Below are positions 7,160-21,902 of a DNA stretch of 64,000 nt, one piece after another. The translations under genes were made by a program, and so were the position numbers. Source of the stretch: Burkholderiaceae bacterium (GTDB lineage: Bacteria; Pseudomonadota; Gammaproteobacteria; Burkholderiales; Burkholderiaceae_C); the NCBI GenBank assembly GCA_965278985.1, contig OZ257131.1:376040-440039 (forward strand). The letters are read 5' to 3'. Numbering within the stretch: position 1 is the stretch's first letter; the number at the start of each line of letters is the position of its first letter. The notes beneath the pieces were generated by a model. The model did no database searches, was not told the DNA's origin, and saw only the letters and a program-made list of their open reading frames with translations.

Positions 7160-9694
7160 ATGCAACATTCGCTGAAGGCGGCCAACATGCAGGACACAAC
7201 CAGCCGCCTGCCCGATCCGGCATCGGAGGTGCGGCATGCCGAGGCGCTGCTCAAGACCGGCGCCCTGCAAAGCGCGATCTTCACCAGTGCCAATTTTTCC
7301 AGCATCGCGACCGATGCCAATGGCGTCATCCAGATCTTCAATGTCGGGGCCGAGCGCATGCTGGGTTATCTGGCAGGCGAAGTGGTCAACACCATCACGC
7401 CCGCCGACATTTCCGACCCCGAGGAGGTGATCGCGCGCGCCAAGGCGCTGAGCCTGGAGCTGGGCACGACCATCACGCCGGGTTTCGAGGCGCTGGTGTT
7501 CAAGGCCTCGCGGGGCATCGAGGACATCTATGAGCTGACCTACATCCGCAAGGACGGCAGCCGCTTCCCCGCCGTGGTGTCGGTCACCGCGCTGCGCGAC
7601 GCGCAGGAGGCCGTGATCGGCTACCTGCTCATCGGTACGGACAACACCGCGCGCAAGCATGTGGAGGCCGCGCAGGCCCAGCTGGACCAGCGCCTGCGCG
7701 ACCAGCAGTTCTACACCCGCTCGCTGATCGAATCGAACATCGACGCGCTGATGATGACCGACCCGCAGGGCATCATCTCGGACGTCAACGAGCAGATGGT
7801 GGCGCTCACCGGGCGCACGCGCGACGAGCTCATCGGTGCGCCCAGCAAGAAGTTCTTCACCGATCCCGAACTGGCGGACGCGGCCATCCGCCGCGTGCTC
7901 ACCGAGGGCAAGGTGAGCGACTACGAGCTGACGGTGCGCGCACTGGACGGCCAGGAAACCGTGGTGTCCTACAACGCCGCCACCTTCCGGGACCGCGATC
8001 GCAACCTGCAGGGCGTGTTCGCGGCGGCACGCGACGTGACCGAGCGCAAGCGTTTCGAGCGCACGCTGCAGGAAAAGAACGTCGAGCTGGAACATGCCAG
8101 CCAGATGAAGTCGGAGTTCCTGGCCACCATGTCGCACGAGCTGCGCACGCCGCTCAATGCCATCGTGGGCTTCTCCGAGGCGCTCAAGGACGGCCTGATC
8201 GGCGAGCTGAGCGACATACAGCGTGAATACATCGGCGACATCTTCACCAGCGGCCTGCACCTGCTGTCGCTGATCAACGACATCCTGGACTTGTCCAAGG
8301 TGGAGTCCGGCATGATGGGGCTGGAGTTCGAGTTGATGGACATCGGCGTGCTGTTGTCCAACAGCCTCACCATCGTGCGCGAGAAGGCCGCCGCGCAGAG
8401 CATCCAGCTCGCGCTGGACACCGGCGACGACCTGGGTATCGCCCCGCTGGACGTGCGCAAGACCAAGCAGATCGTCTACAACCTGCTGTCCAACGCCGTG
8501 AAGTTCAGTGCCCATGGCACGCGCGTGACACTGCGGGCACGCCGTGTGGAGCGTGCCGCGGTGGGCAAGATTCCGGGGCCGTGGCCGGTGCACGGTTTTC
8601 CGCTGCCCGAGAGCGAATTCACCGACTTCCTGGAGATATCGGTGCGCGACAGCGGCACCGGCATCGCGTGCAAGAACATGTCCAAGCTGTTCCTGGCCTT
8701 CAGCCAGATCGACAGCAGCCTGGCACGCCGCTTCGAAGGCACGGGCCTGGGCCTGGCCATGGTGCGGCAACTCTCCGAGCTGCAAGGTGGCACGGTGGCC
8801 GTGGCCAGTGCGGAGGGCGAGGGTGCGTGTTTTGTTGTCTGGCTGCCCTTGCGCTCCAGTGCCTCCGGCATGCAGGCGCCTTCCGCGCTGCAGGCCGTGG
8901 CCCTGATGGCCCCGGGCGCAGGCACGGAGCGGTGGGAGCGTCTCGCGCTGGTGGTCGATGACGACGACCAGGAGGCCGAGCTGGTGCGCGTGCTGCTGGA
9001 AGGCGAGGGCTTCACGGTGCTGCGTGCCAACAGCGCGGAGGATGCGCTGCGGATGCCTCCATCCCGGCCGCTGAGCCTGATCACGCTGGACATCCACCTG
9101 CCCGGCATGAATGGCTGGGAGTATCTGCTGCACATCCGCGACAGCGCCGCGCTCGCCAACGTGCCGGTGGTCATCATCTCCGGCCAGGGCAATCTGCCCC
9201 TGGGCCTGACCCAGGGCGCCTCTGCCATGCTGCACAAGCCCATCAGCCGCGCCCAGCTGAAGATATCGCTGATCAACCTGGGCCTGCACCCGTCGTCCTC
9301 GCGCAGCCACACGGTGCTGGTGGTGGACGACGATCCCATGGCGGTGGAGTTGATCGCAACCTTTCTGCCGGCTCCCGCCTACACGGTGCTGCGCGCACAC
9401 GGTGGCCGGGAAGCGATAGCGATCGCGCAGCAGCATCGGCCCGACCTGATCCTGCTCGACCTCATGATGCCCGGCGTCAGTGGTTTCGACGTGGTGTCCG
9501 CACTGCAGGGCGACACCCACACGGCCGACATTCCGATCCTGGTGGTCACCGCGCGGGACATCTCGCCGCAAGACCGCGCCGCGCTCCAGCTGGCCAGGGA
9601 CAAGCGGATCGGCATCGTGCCCAAGGCCGGATTCAACCGCACGCGTTTCATGGCCGAGGTGCAACGCGCCTTGACGCCGCACCAGGAGACTTGA
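7160..9694 (+). CDS. hybrid sensor histidine kinase (PAS-PAS-HisKA-HATPase_c-REC-REC)
   Basis: 844 aa. PAS segments. H-box SHELRTPLNAIVGFSE, N-box NLLSNAVKF, G-boxes DSGTGI and GTGLGLAMV. Two C-terminal receiver domains with DxxxPxMNG-type and DLMMPGVSG aspartate pockets. Confidence 0.85.
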   Translation: MQHSLKAANMQDTTSRLPDPASEVRHAEALLKTGALQSAIFTSANFSSIATDANGVIQIFNVGAERMLGYLAGEVVNTITPADISDPEEVIARAKALSLELGTTITPGFEALVFKASRGIEDIYELTYIRKDGSRFPAVVSVTALRDAQEAVIGYLLIGTDNTARKHVEAAQAQLDQRLRDQQFYTRSLIESNIDALMMTDPQGIISDVNEQMVALTGRTRDELIGAPSKKFFTDPELADAAIRRVLTEGKVSDYELTVRALDGQETVVSYNAATFRDRDRNLQGVFAAARDVTERKRFERTLQEKNVELEHASQMKSEFLATMSHELRTPLNAIVGFSEALKDGLIGELSDIQREYIGDIFTSGLHLLSLINDILDLSKVESGMMGLEFELMDIGVLLSNSLTIVREKAAAQSIQLALDTGDDLGIAPLDVRKTKQIVYNLLSNAVKFSAHGTRVTLRARRVERAAVGKIPGPWPVHGFPLPESEFTDFLEISVRDSGTGIACKNMSKLFLAFSQIDSSLARRFEGTGLGLAMVRQLSELQGGTVAVASAEGEGACFVVWLPLRSSASGMQAPSALQAVALMAPGAGTERWERLALVVDDDDQEAELVRVLLEGEGFTVLRANSAEDALRMPPSRPLSLITLDIHLPGMNGWEYLLHIRDSAALANVPVVIISGQGNLPLGLTQGASAMLHKPISRAQLKISLINLGLHPSSSRSHTVLVVDDDPMAVELIATFLPAPAYTVLRAHGGREAIAIAQQHRPDLILLDLMMPGVSGFDVVSALQGDTHTADIPILVVTARDISPQDRAALQLARDKRIGIVPKAGFNRTRFMAEVQRALTPHQET

Positions 9695-10079
9695 CGATGG
9701 CAAGGATATTGGTAGTGGAGGACAACCCCGCGAACATGAAGCTCGCCCAGCTGTTGCTGGACAAGGCGGGCCACACGGTGTCGTGCGCCGTGGACGCCGA
9801 GACGGGCCTGGCGCTGGCGCGTGCGGAGCGGCCCGACCTGATCCTGATGGACGTGCAGCTGCCCGGCATGGACGGCCTGGCGGCCACGGCCATCCTGAAG
9901 ATGGAGCCGGCCACCGCGCAGATCCCGGTGATCGCGCTGACCGCCATGGCGATGAAGGAGGACCAGGAGAAAAGCCAGATCGCCGGATGCGATGCCTACA
10001 TCGCCAAGCCCCTGCGTTACCAGGAGCTCTATGCCGTGATCGACGCGCTGCTGGCCACGATCCGCGCGAGGGCGGCGGC

Positions 10080-10083
<4 letters not shown>
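9691..10083 (+). CDS. single-domain response regulator (CheY-like receiver)
   Basis: 130 aa with ILVVEDNPANMKLA...DLILMDVQLPGMDG...AKPL. Its start overlaps the upstream stop (ATGA), indicating translational coupling. Confidence 0.85.
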
Positions 10084-13156
<3,073 letters not shown>

Positions 13157-13160
<4 letters not shown>

Positions 13161-14389
13161 CGGAGGTTTCGCCGCGGTCATCGATCCGCATCCTGATCCT
13201 CGACGACGACGCCTTCATGCGCAAGCTGCTGGCGCACATGCTGGGCAGCCTGGGCTTCGACGCCGTCACCACCTGCGACAGCGGGCCTGCCGCCCTGGAA
13301 TGGGTGGACGCGCCCGGCAAGTCCCCCGACCTGATCCTGCTGGACCTGAACATGCCGGACATGGACGGCATCGAGTTCCTGCGCAAGCTGGTGGAGCACC
13401 GGTTCAAGGGCAGCCTGATCCTGGTCAGCGGCGAAAACGAACGCGTGCTGCAGATGGCCGAAAAGCTGGTGCAGGCCCACAAGCTCACGGCGCTGGGCCA
13501 CCTGAGCAAGCCGGTGTCCATGGCGCGCTTGTCCGATGCGGTGGCCATGTGGCGCAGCGCCCAGGACGCGCAGCGCACCGAGAAGAAGCGGTATGGCGTG
13601 CGCGCGTTGCGCCACGCCATCACCCATGGCGAACTGGTCAACTACTACCAGCCCAAGGTCCAGGTGTCCACCGGCGCGGTGGTGGGCGTGGAGACCCTGG
13701 TGCGCTGGCAGCACCCCCGGGACGGCATGGTCTATCCGGACCAGTTCATCTACGTGGCCGAAGACCATGGGCTCATCGACGCACTCACTCGCGGCGTGTT
13801 GTCCCGTGCGCTGGCGCAGACCCGGGCCTGGATGGACTGTGGTCTGCCCCTGCGGGTGGCCATCAACGTGTCGATGAAGAACCTGTCGTCCGTGGACTTC
13901 GCGGATTTCGTGGTGAAGGAAGCACTGGCTGCGCGCGTGGCGCCGCAGGACATCGTGCTGGAGGTCACCGAGAGCCGGCTGATGCTGGACCAGCGTGCGC
14001 CGCTGGAAGTGCTGAGCCGCCTGCGCCTCAAGCGCTTCTGCTTGTCCATCGACGATTTCGGCACCGGCAACTCATCGCTGACCCAGCTGCACGCGATACC
14101 CTTCGACGAGCTGAAGATCGACCGGAGTTTTGTGCACAACGCCTGGCGCGATCCCACGGCGCGCGCCATGTACGACGCCAGCCTGGGCCTGGGCAAGCAG
14201 CTGGGCATGCAGGTGGTGGCCGAAGGGGTGGAGGACCAGAATGACTGGGCCCTGTTGCAGGCCACGCATTGCGACCTCGCGCAGGGCTACTTCATCGCGC
14301 GCCCCATGCCGGCCGCGGACCTGCTGGCCTGGGTCCAGGCCTGGAATGACCGGTATGCGCTGCGCTTCGCGCCGAAGGCCAGCTTATGA
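13157..14389 (+). CDS. response regulator with EAL domain (c-di-GMP phosphodiesterase)
   Basis: Start overlaps the previous stop (ATGA at 13157..13160). Receiver ILILDDDAFMRKL...DLILLDLNMPDMDG, followed by an EAL domain (NYYQPKV..., LRLKRFCLSIDDFGTGNSSL, QVVAEGVEDQ). Confidence 0.85.
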
Positions 14390-15381
14390 CGCCACCCACC
14401 GGCGAATCGCGTCCATCGGCTGGCCGCAAGCCAAGCATCCTGGTCGCGTCGGCCAACGTGGGCGATGCGGCCATGGTCAAGCGCCTGCTCGAGGCGGAAC
14501 ACGACCGCGTCTTCGTCTCCACCGATCCGGACAGGGTCGTGGAGGACTTTGCGCTGCATGCGCCGGATGTGCTGGTGCTCGCCTTCGACCGCCTGCAGCT
14601 GGCCGAGCAGTACTACCTGGGCCTGTACCGTTTGAGCGGCCGCGTGCACCTGCACCCGCACCGCACGGTCGTGTTGTGTGGCAAGGACGAGGTCATGCAG
14701 GCCTACCAGGCGTGCAAGAAGGAATATTTCGACGACTACGTGCTGTTCTGGCCTGTGTCGCACGATGCACCGCGGCTGTTGATGGCCGTGCACCATGCGC
14801 TGCTCGCGATGGAGGCGACGCGGGACGTGGGCCCCACGGTGGCCGAGTTCGCCGTGCAGGCACGCATGCTGGCGGGGCTGGAGCCCCTGCTGGACCGGCA
14901 GATCGCCGCTGCCGCGCCGCAGGCCCCGCCGCAATGGGCCGCGGACTTTCGCGAAGAGTGCGCGCCGCACATGGCGTCCGTGCGCAACCTCAACACCCTC
15001 GCCGACCGCATCGTGCAGACGATCCTGGTGGTCGACGACGATGCGTTCCAGCGCAAGTTCGTGGGCAAGCTGCTGGAGGCCTCACGCTATTGCCTGGTGT
15101 ACGCGGCCAGCGGGGCCGAGGCGCTGGGCGTTCTGCGCAGGATCCAGCCCGACCTGATCCTCATGGACGTGGTGATGCCCGATATGGACGGCATCGAGAC
15201 CACGCGGCGCCTGAAGGCGGAGGCGCGGTTCGCGCAGGTGCCGGTGATCATGGTCACGGGCAAGAACGAAGGCGTCACGGTGCGCAACAGCATGCTTGCC
15301 GGCGCCAGCAACTTCCTGGTCAAACCCTTCGACAGGCCGACGCTGCTGGCCAAGGTGGCGCGGGCCCTGGGCAGGACCTGA
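14386..15381 (+). CDS. response regulator with two receiver-like domains (N-terminal degenerate REC + C-terminal canonical REC)
   Basis: 331 aa, ATGA overlap with the EAL gene. C-terminal REC ILVVDDDAFQRKF...DLILMDVVMPDMDG...VKPF. The N-terminal 150 aa are receiver-like, but the conserved Asp pocket is unclear. Confidence 0.7.
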   Translation: MTPPTGESRPSAGRKPSILVASANVGDAAMVKRLLEAEHDRVFVSTDPDRVVEDFALHAPDVLVLAFDRLQLAEQYYLGLYRLSGRVHLHPHRTVVLCGKDEVMQAYQACKKEYFDDYVLFWPVSHDAPRLLMAVHHALLAMEATRDVGPTVAEFAVQARMLAGLEPLLDRQIAAAAPQAPPQWAADFREECAPHMASVRNLNTLADRIVQTILVVDDDAFQRKFVGKLLEASRYCLVYAASGAEALGVLRRIQPDLILMDVVMPDMDGIETTRRLKAEARFAQVPVIMVTGKNEGVTVRNSMLAGASNFLVKPFDRPTLLAKVARALGRT

Positions 15382-15406
15382 GGCGCCAGCGCGTCCTGCC
15401 GCTGCG

Positions 15407-16150
15407 TCACACGCCCAGGCAGTCCCTGCGCAACGCCGCATCGCCCATCAGCGCCTGCATGCCGCCCTCGAAGCGCAAGGCGCCGTTTTCCAGTACATAG
15501 GCCCGGTCCGCCACCTGCGCGGCGAAGTGCAGGTTCTGTTCGGACAGCAGCACGCTCACGCCGCGTACCTTCAGCGACTGCACCATCGCCACCATCTTCT
15601 CCACGATGATGGGCGCCACGCCTTCGGAGGGTTCGTCGAGCAGCAGCAGCAGCGGGTTGCCCATCAGCGTGCGCGCCACCGTGAGCATCTGCTGCTCGCC
15701 GCCGCTCATGTGTGCGGCGCGGCGCGTGGTCATGCCGGCGAGGTTGGGGAAGAGTTCGAACAGCGCCGCCGCGTCCCACGTTGGCGCGCTGCTGCCGTCG
15801 GGCCAATGGCGCGGCGGCTGGCGGCCCACCTCCAGGTTGTCCCGCACGCTGAGGTCCGTGAAGATGCGCCGGTCTTCGGGCACATAACCCATGCCCAGCC
15901 GCGCGGGCAGGTCGGGCGGGCTGTGCGAGAGGTCGTGGCCCATGAACCGGATGCTGCCGCTGCGCCGCGGCACCAGGCCCATCAGGGTCTTGAGCGTCGT
16001 CGACTTGCCGGCGCCATTGCGGCCCATCAGTGCCACCACCTCGCCGCGGCCCACCTGCAGCGTGATGCCATGCAGGATCTGCGCGGCGCCGTACCAGGCG
16101 CACAGGCCCTCAGCCTGCAGCATCGGGGAGGGTGTCGCGGGGGTGCTCAT
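15407..16150 (-). CDS. ABC transporter ATP-binding protein, LivF-like (branched-chain amino acid/urea-type)
   Basis: 247 aa. Walker A GRNGAGKST, signature MSGGEQQMLTVARTL, Walker B LLLLDEPSEGVAP. No partner permease or SBP genes adjacent. Confidence 0.75.
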   Translation of the reverse strand: MSTPATPSPMLQAEGLCAWYGAAQILHGITLQVGRGEVVALMGRNGAGKSTTLKTLMGLVPRRSGSIRFMGHDLSHSPPDLPARLGMGYVPEDRRIFTDLSVRDNLEVGRQPPRHWPDGSSAPTWDAAALFELFPNLAGMTTRRAAHMSGGEQQMLTVARTLMGNPLLLLLDEPSEGVAPIIVEKMVAMVQSLKVRGVSVLLSEQNLHFAAQVADRAYVLENGALRFEGGMQALMGDAALRRDCLGV

Positions 16151-16218
16151 GGGCGTGGGATTCTAGAGACGCGCCTCCGACCCCGAGCCCTCGCCGCCCA
16201 TCGGGATAATGCGCAGCG

Positions 16219-17466
16219 ATGCCCTCCGGTCCAGCCCCCTCGCGACGCAGCGGCGTCGATCCCGCCCTCGTCGTGGTCCTGGCCGGTGTGGCGGCTGCCC
16301 TGCATGTGGGCAAGCTGCCTCCCGCGTTGCCCGTGCTGCAACAGTCGCTGGGCCTGTCGCTGGTGCAGTCGGGTTTCCTGGTGTCGCTGGTGCAGATGGC
16401 GGGCATGCTGCTGGGGCTGGCGGTGGGCCTGGCGGGAGACGCACTGGGACAGCGGCGCTGCATGCTGGCCGGTTTGCTGACGCTGGGTGCGGCGAGTGTG
16501 GCCGGTGGGTTCTGTGACGGGGCTGCGGGTTTGCTGGCGCTGCGCGCGGTCGAGGGGGTGGGTTTCCTGCTGGCCGTGACGCCCGGCCCCAGCCTGATCC
16601 GCCGCGTCGCGTCACCGGCGGAGATCGATGCCAAGTTGGGCCTGTGGGGCACCTACATGCCGATGGGCACGGCGCTGGCGCTGCTGGCCGGGCCCTGGGT
16701 GCTGCCGCGTGCCGGCTGGCATCTGTGGTGGTGGCTGCTGGCGGGAGCGGCCTTTGCCATGGTGGTGGTGCTGTGGCGCCTGGTGCCGGCCGACACGGTG
16801 GCTGCCGCGGGTGCCTCGGCCGCCGCCCCTGGCACCGATGGCTGGCGCGCCCGTGCGCACCGCACGCTGGCTGCGCGCGGGCCCTGGCTGCTGGGACTGA
16901 GCTTCGCCTGTTATGCCGGCCAATGGCTGGCGGTGATCGGTTTCCTGCCCACGGTGTATGCGCAGGCGCAGGTGTCCGCCGCCACGGCAGGCGCGCTGAC
17001 GGCCTTGGCGGCGGCCGTGAACATGGTGGGCAACATCGTGGCGGGCCGCCTGCTGCGCCGGGGCATCGCGCCGCCCGTGCTGCTGCGCATCGGCTTCACA
17101 GCCATGGCGCTGGGAGCCGCCGGCACCTTCATGCCCGCGCTGGACGCTGGCCCCGGGCTGCGCTATGCGGCGGTGCTGCTGTTTTCGCTGGTGGGGGGCA
17201 TGGTGCCAGCCACGCTCTTCGCGCTGTGCCTGCGGCTCGCACCCGACCAGCGCACGGTGTCCACCACCGTGGGCTGGATGCAGCAATGCAGCGCGGTGGG
17301 CCAGTTCCTGATGCCGCCGCTGGTGGGCTGGATCGCCAAGCAGGCCGGAGGCTGGCAGTGGACCTGGGTGGTCACGGCCAGCGCCTGCGTGGCGGGGCTG
17401 GTGCTGGCCGCGGTGATCGCCCGCCAGCTCGGGCCAGCCACGAGCCGGCAGCGTCCGGTGGGTTGA
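16219..17466 (+). CDS. MFS transporter
   Basis: 415 aa, about 12 predicted TM segments, MFS-like G-x-L-x-D-x-x-G-x-R motif region (GLAGDALGQRR). Divergent from the LivF-like gene. Confidence 0.7.
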   Translation: MPSGPAPSRRSGVDPALVVVLAGVAAALHVGKLPPALPVLQQSLGLSLVQSGFLVSLVQMAGMLLGLAVGLAGDALGQRRCMLAGLLTLGAASVAGGFCDGAAGLLALRAVEGVGFLLAVTPGPSLIRRVASPAEIDAKLGLWGTYMPMGTALALLAGPWVLPRAGWHLWWWLLAGAAFAMVVVLWRLVPADTVAAAGASAAAPGTDGWRARAHRTLAARGPWLLGLSFACYAGQWLAVIGFLPTVYAQAQVSAATAGALTALAAAVNMVGNIVAGRLLRRGIAPPVLLRIGFTAMALGAAGTFMPALDAGPGLRYAAVLLFSLVGGMVPATLFALCLRLAPDQRTVSTTVGWMQQCSAVGQFLMPPLVGWIAKQAGGWQWTWVVTASACVAGLVLAAVIARQLGPATSRQRPVG

Positions 17467-17524
17467 CCGGCTGCGGGCTGGCAGCGGGAGAAGGGATACG
17501 GGAGGCGGGAGACCGGTGGCGGAT

Positions 17525-18169
<645 letters not shown>

Positions 18170-18194
18170 TGCAGGAATTCCCTCGCCAAAGTAA

Positions 18195-19748
18195 TCATCG
18201 TTTGCGGCCACCGAAGATGCCGCCCAGCACGCCGCGCAGGATCTCGTTGGCGACCTTGGTGCCCATGCTGCGCGCGGTGGATTTCGCCATGGTCTGCACC
18301 AGGCCGTCGCGCTTGCCGCCGCGCGGACCGGTGGAGCCGAAGAGCAGGTCGTTCAGGCCGCCCATGAGGCCGCCATCCGTGGTGCCCGGCGCGGTTGGCG
18401 TTGCGGATGTTCCGGCCGTGCCCGTCCGTGTCGCCTGTTCACGGGCCGCCGCGGCGCCCACGGCGGCTTCTTCGGCACGGCCCTTGAGCTTCTCATAAGC
18501 CGATTCGCGGTCTTCGACCTTTTCGTAGGTGCCGGCGACCAGCGACCCCGCGATCAGCACTTTGCGCTGCTGCGGGGTGATGGGCCCGATCTGGCTGCCG
18601 GGGGGCAACACAAACACACGTTCGGTGATGCTGGGGCGGCCTTTTTCGTCCAGCAGGCTCACCAGGGCCTCGCCAACGGCCAGCTCGGTGATGGCCGCCT
18701 CGATGTCCAGCCCCGGCTTCTGCCGCATGGTGGAGGCCGTGGCCTTGACGGCCTTCTGGTCGCGCGGGGTGAAGGCGCGCAAGGCGTGCTGCACGCGGTT
18801 GCCCAATTGGGCGAGCACGGTGTCGGGGATGTCCAGCGGGTTCTGCGTCACGAAATACACGCCCACGCCCTTGGAGCGCACCAGGCGCACGACGAGTTCG
18901 ATGCGCTCGACCAGCACTTTGGGCGCCTCGTTGAACAGCAGGTGGGCCTCGTCGAAGAAGAACACCAGGTTGGGCTTGTCCACGTCGCCCACCTCGGGCA
19001 GCAGCTCGAACAGCTCGGACAGCATCCACAGCAGGAAGGTGGCGTAGAGCCGCGGCGAGTTCATGAGCTTGTCGGCCGCCAGCACGTTCACGATGCCGTG
19101 CCCGTTGCCATCCGTCTGCATGAAGTCGTGGATGTCCAGCATGGGCTCGCCGAAAAACTGGTCGCCGCCCTGGCCCTCGATCTGCAGCAGCCCGCGCTGG
19201 ATGGCGCCCACGCTGGCGGCACTGATGTTGCCGTATTCGGTGGTGAACTGCTTGGCGTTGTCGCCCACGTGCTGCAGCATCGCACGCAGGTCCTTCAGGT
19301 CCAGCAGCAGCATGCCGTTGTCGTCAGCGATCTTGAAGACCAGGTTCAGCACGCCGGCCTGGATCTCGTTGAGGTTGAGCATGCGGGCCAGCAGCAGCGG
19401 CCCCATGTCGGAGACGGTGGCGCGCACCGGGTGGCCCTGGGTGCCGAAGACGTCCCACAGCTGCACCGGGCAGGCCAGCGGGGCGGGCGCAGGCAGGCCG
19501 CGCTCGGCCAGGATGGCGGCCATCTTCGGCGGAATGCTGCCGGTCTGGCTGATGCCCGTAAGGTCGCCCTTCACGTCGGCCATGAACACCGGCACCCCGA
19601 TCTTCGAGAAGCCCTCGGCCAGCGCCTGGAGCGTCACGGTCTTGCCGGTGCCGGTGGCGCCGGTGATCAGTCCGTGCCGGTTTGCCTTGTCGGGCAGCAG
19701 CAGGCATTGGACGGTGGCGTTCTGTGCAACTAGGATGGGATCGGCCAT
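18195..19748 (-). CDS. HerA-like ATPase domain protein (DUF853/YjgR family)
   Basis: ORF 18195..19886 trimmed to Met 19748 ([10 protein letters not shown]...). Walker A GATGTGKT. FtsK/HerA-like features ([11 protein letters not shown]). C-terminal Gly-rich tail. Confidence 0.7.
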   Translation of the reverse strand: MADPILVAQNATVQCLLLPDKANRHGLITGATGTGKTVTLQALAEGFSKIGVPVFMADVKGDLTGISQTGSIPPKMAAILAERGLPAPAPLACPVQLWDVFGTQGHPVRATVSDMGPLLLARMLNLNEIQAGVLNLVFKIADDNGMLLLDLKDLRAMLQHVGDNAKQFTTEYGNISAASVGAIQRGLLQIEGQGGDQFFGEPMLDIHDFMQTDGNGHGIVNVLAADKLMNSPRLYATFLLWMLSELFELLPEVGDVDKPNLVFFFDEAHLLFNEAPKVLVERIELVVRLVRSKGVGVYFVTQNPLDIPDTVLAQLGNRVQHALRAFTPRDQKAVKATASTMRQKPGLDIEAAITELAVGEALVSLLDEKGRPSITERVFVLPPGSQIGPITPQQRKVLIAGSLVAGTYEKVEDRESAYEKLKGRAEEAAVGAAAAREQATRTGTAGTSATPTAPGTTDGGLMGGLNDLLFGSTGPRGGKRDGLVQTMAKSTARSMGTKVANEILRGVLGGIFGGRKR

Positions 19749-19807
19749 GAAGGTCCCGAAAAGTACAATCGAAGCCTCAAGCGTAACGATATTTCGAGGG
19801 AATCCGC

Positions 19808-20527
19808 GTGGCAGGACACAGCAAATGGGCCAATATTCAGCACCGCAAAGGCCGGCAGGACGAGAAGCGCGGAAAGATCTGGACACGCGTGATCCGTGAA
19901 ATCATGGTGGCCGCGCGTACCGGCGGGGGCGACCTGTCCGCCAACCCACGCTTGCGCCTCGCCGTGGACAAGGCCAAGGCCGCCAACATGCCGGCGGACA
20001 CCATCAAGCGCAACATCGACAAGGCCACCGGCAATCTCGAAGGCGTGAACTACGAGGAAATCCGCTATGAGGGTTATGGCATCGCAGGTGCCGCCATCAT
20101 CGTGGACACCATGACCGACAACCACGTGCGCACGGTGGCCGAAGTGCGGCACGCCTTCAGCAAGTACGGCGGCAACATGGGCACCAACGGCTCGGTGGCT
20201 TTCCAGTTCAAGCATTGCGGGCAACTGGTGTTCGCACCGGGCACCAGCGAGGACAAGGTCATGGAAGTGGCGCTGGACGCGGGCGCCGAAGACGTGGTGA
20301 CCGATGCGGAAGGTGCCGTGGAGGTGCTGACGGCCCCGGCCGACTTCGAGCGCGTGCGCGAAGCCCTGGAGGCGGCCGGCCTGAAGGCCGACCTGGCCGA
20401 GGTGACGATGCGCGCCGAGAACACCGTGGACATCGAGGGCGAGGACGCGGCACGCATGCAAAAGCTGCTGGACATCCTCGAGGACCTGGACGACGTCCAG
20501 GCCGTCTACCACAACGCAGCCCTATGA
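19808..20527 (+). CDS. yebC: YebC/PmpR-family DNA-binding transcriptional regulator
   Basis: [25 protein letters not shown]... is the canonical YebC N-terminus; 239 aa. Confidence 0.9.
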   Translation: MAGHSKWANIQHRKGRQDEKRGKIWTRVIREIMVAARTGGGDLSANPRLRLAVDKAKAANMPADTIKRNIDKATGNLEGVNYEEIRYEGYGIAGAAIIVDTMTDNHVRTVAEVRHAFSKYGGNMGTNGSVAFQFKHCGQLVFAPGTSEDKVMEVALDAGAEDVVTDAEGAVEVLTAPADFERVREALEAAGLKADLAEVTMRAENTVDIEGEDAARMQKLLDILEDLDDVQAVYHNAAL

Positions 20528-20609
20528 GCCCCCACGCTTCGCACTTCGTGTCTTTGCTGCCCCCCGAGGGGGCGCTCGGCCTCCTAGAGGCGGCTCGTCG
20601 GAGGCCGCT

Positions 20610-21902
20610 ATGAAAGTCCTTGTTGTAGGCGGTGGCGGCCGTGAACACGCCATTGCCTGGAAGATTGCGCAGTCGCCGAAGGTCGAGGCCGTGTTCATCG
20701 CGCCCGGCAACGGCGGCACGGCCGATGGCCGCATCCAGAACCTGGCCATCACGGACATCGTGCAACTGCGCACCTGGGCGCAGGCCCAGAAGATCGCGCT
20801 CACCGTCGTGGGCCCCGAGGGCCCTCTGGCGGCCGGCATCGTGGACGAGTTTCGCGCGCATGGCCTGCGCATCTTTGGTCCCACCAAGGCGGCGGCCCAA
20901 CTGGAGAGCTCCAAGGCCTTCTCCAAGGATTTCATGGCGCGCCATGGCATTCCTACCGCCAAGCACGCCACCTTCAGCGACGTGGCTGCGGCCCATGCGT
21001 ATGTGGACGCGCAGGGCGCCCCCATCGTGGTCAAGGCCGATGGCCTGGCCGCGGGCAAGGGCGTGGTGGTGGCCATGACGCTGGCGGAGGCGCATGCGGC
21101 CGTGGACCAGATGCTGGCCATCGGCCAGACGGCGAGCGCCCAGGCGGGCAGCACCGACACGGCCCGCGTGGTCATCGAGGAATTCCTGCAGGGCGAGGAA
21201 GCCAGCTTCATCGTGGTCTGCGACGGCAAGGGCGCCATCGCGCTGGCCACCAGCCAGGACCACAAGCGCCTGCTCGATGGCGACAACGGACCGAATACGG
21301 GCGGCATGGGTGCGTATTCACCCGCGCCGGTGGTCACGCCGGCCGTGCACGCCCGCGCCATGCGCGAGGTGATCCTGCCCACGCTGCGTGGCATGGAGAA
21401 GGACGGGCTGGTCTACACCGGCTTCCTGTACGCCGGCCTCATGATCGACGCCCAGGGCCATCCCCGCACGCTGGAATTCAACTGCCGCCTGGGCGACCCC
21501 GAGACGCAACCCATCCTGATGCGCCTGAAGACCGACCTCTTCGACCTGCTGTGGGCCGCCACCGAAACCGGTGAGCGCCGCAAGATCGACCAGTTCGAAC
21601 TGCAATGGGACCGGCGCACGGCCCTGGGCGTGGTGCTGGCGGCCCACGGCTACCCGGCCGCACCGCGCACGGGCGACGCCATCGAAGGCCTGCCGGAGCC
21701 GCGCGATGACCTGATGGTTTTCCACGCCGCCACCAAGGCGCAGGGGGAGGGCGTGGCCACCTCCGGCGGGCGCGTCCTGTGCGTGACCGCGCTGGCCGAC
21801 AACGTGCGTCAGGCGCAGGCGCGTGCCTACGAGGCGGTGCGCGAGATCCGCTTCGACGGCATGCAGTACCGCAGCGACATCGGCCACCGGGCCAGCAGCT
21901 GA
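20610..21902 (+). CDS. purD: phosphoribosylamine--glycine ligase
   Basis: [23 protein letters not shown]... ATP-grasp GAR synthetase signature; 430 aa. Confidence 0.9.
   Translation: MKVLVVGGGGREHAIAWKIAQSPKVEAVFIAPGNGGTADGRIQNLAITDIVQLRTWAQAQKIALTVVGPEGPLAAGIVDEFRAHGLRIFGPTKAAAQLESSKAFSKDFMARHGIPTAKHATFSDVAAAHAYVDAQGAPIVVKADGLAAGKGVVVAMTLAEAHAAVDQMLAIGQTASAQAGSTDTARVVIEEFLQGEEASFIVVCDGKGAIALATSQDHKRLLDGDNGPNTGGMGAYSPAPVVTPAVHARAMREVILPTLRGMEKDGLVYTGFLYAGLMIDAQGHPRTLEFNCRLGDPETQPILMRLKTDLFDLLWAATETGERRKIDQFELQWDRRTALGVVLAAHGYPAAPRTGDAIEGLPEPRDDLMVFHAATKAQGEGVATSGGRVLCVTALADNVRQAQARAYEAVREIRFDGMQYRSDIGHRASS

Noticed and set aside
15087-16103. 338-codon minus-strand ORF overlapping the LivF-like gene
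   Set aside because: Alternative frame with nonsense composition. The 15407..16150 frame carries complete Walker A/B and signature motifs.
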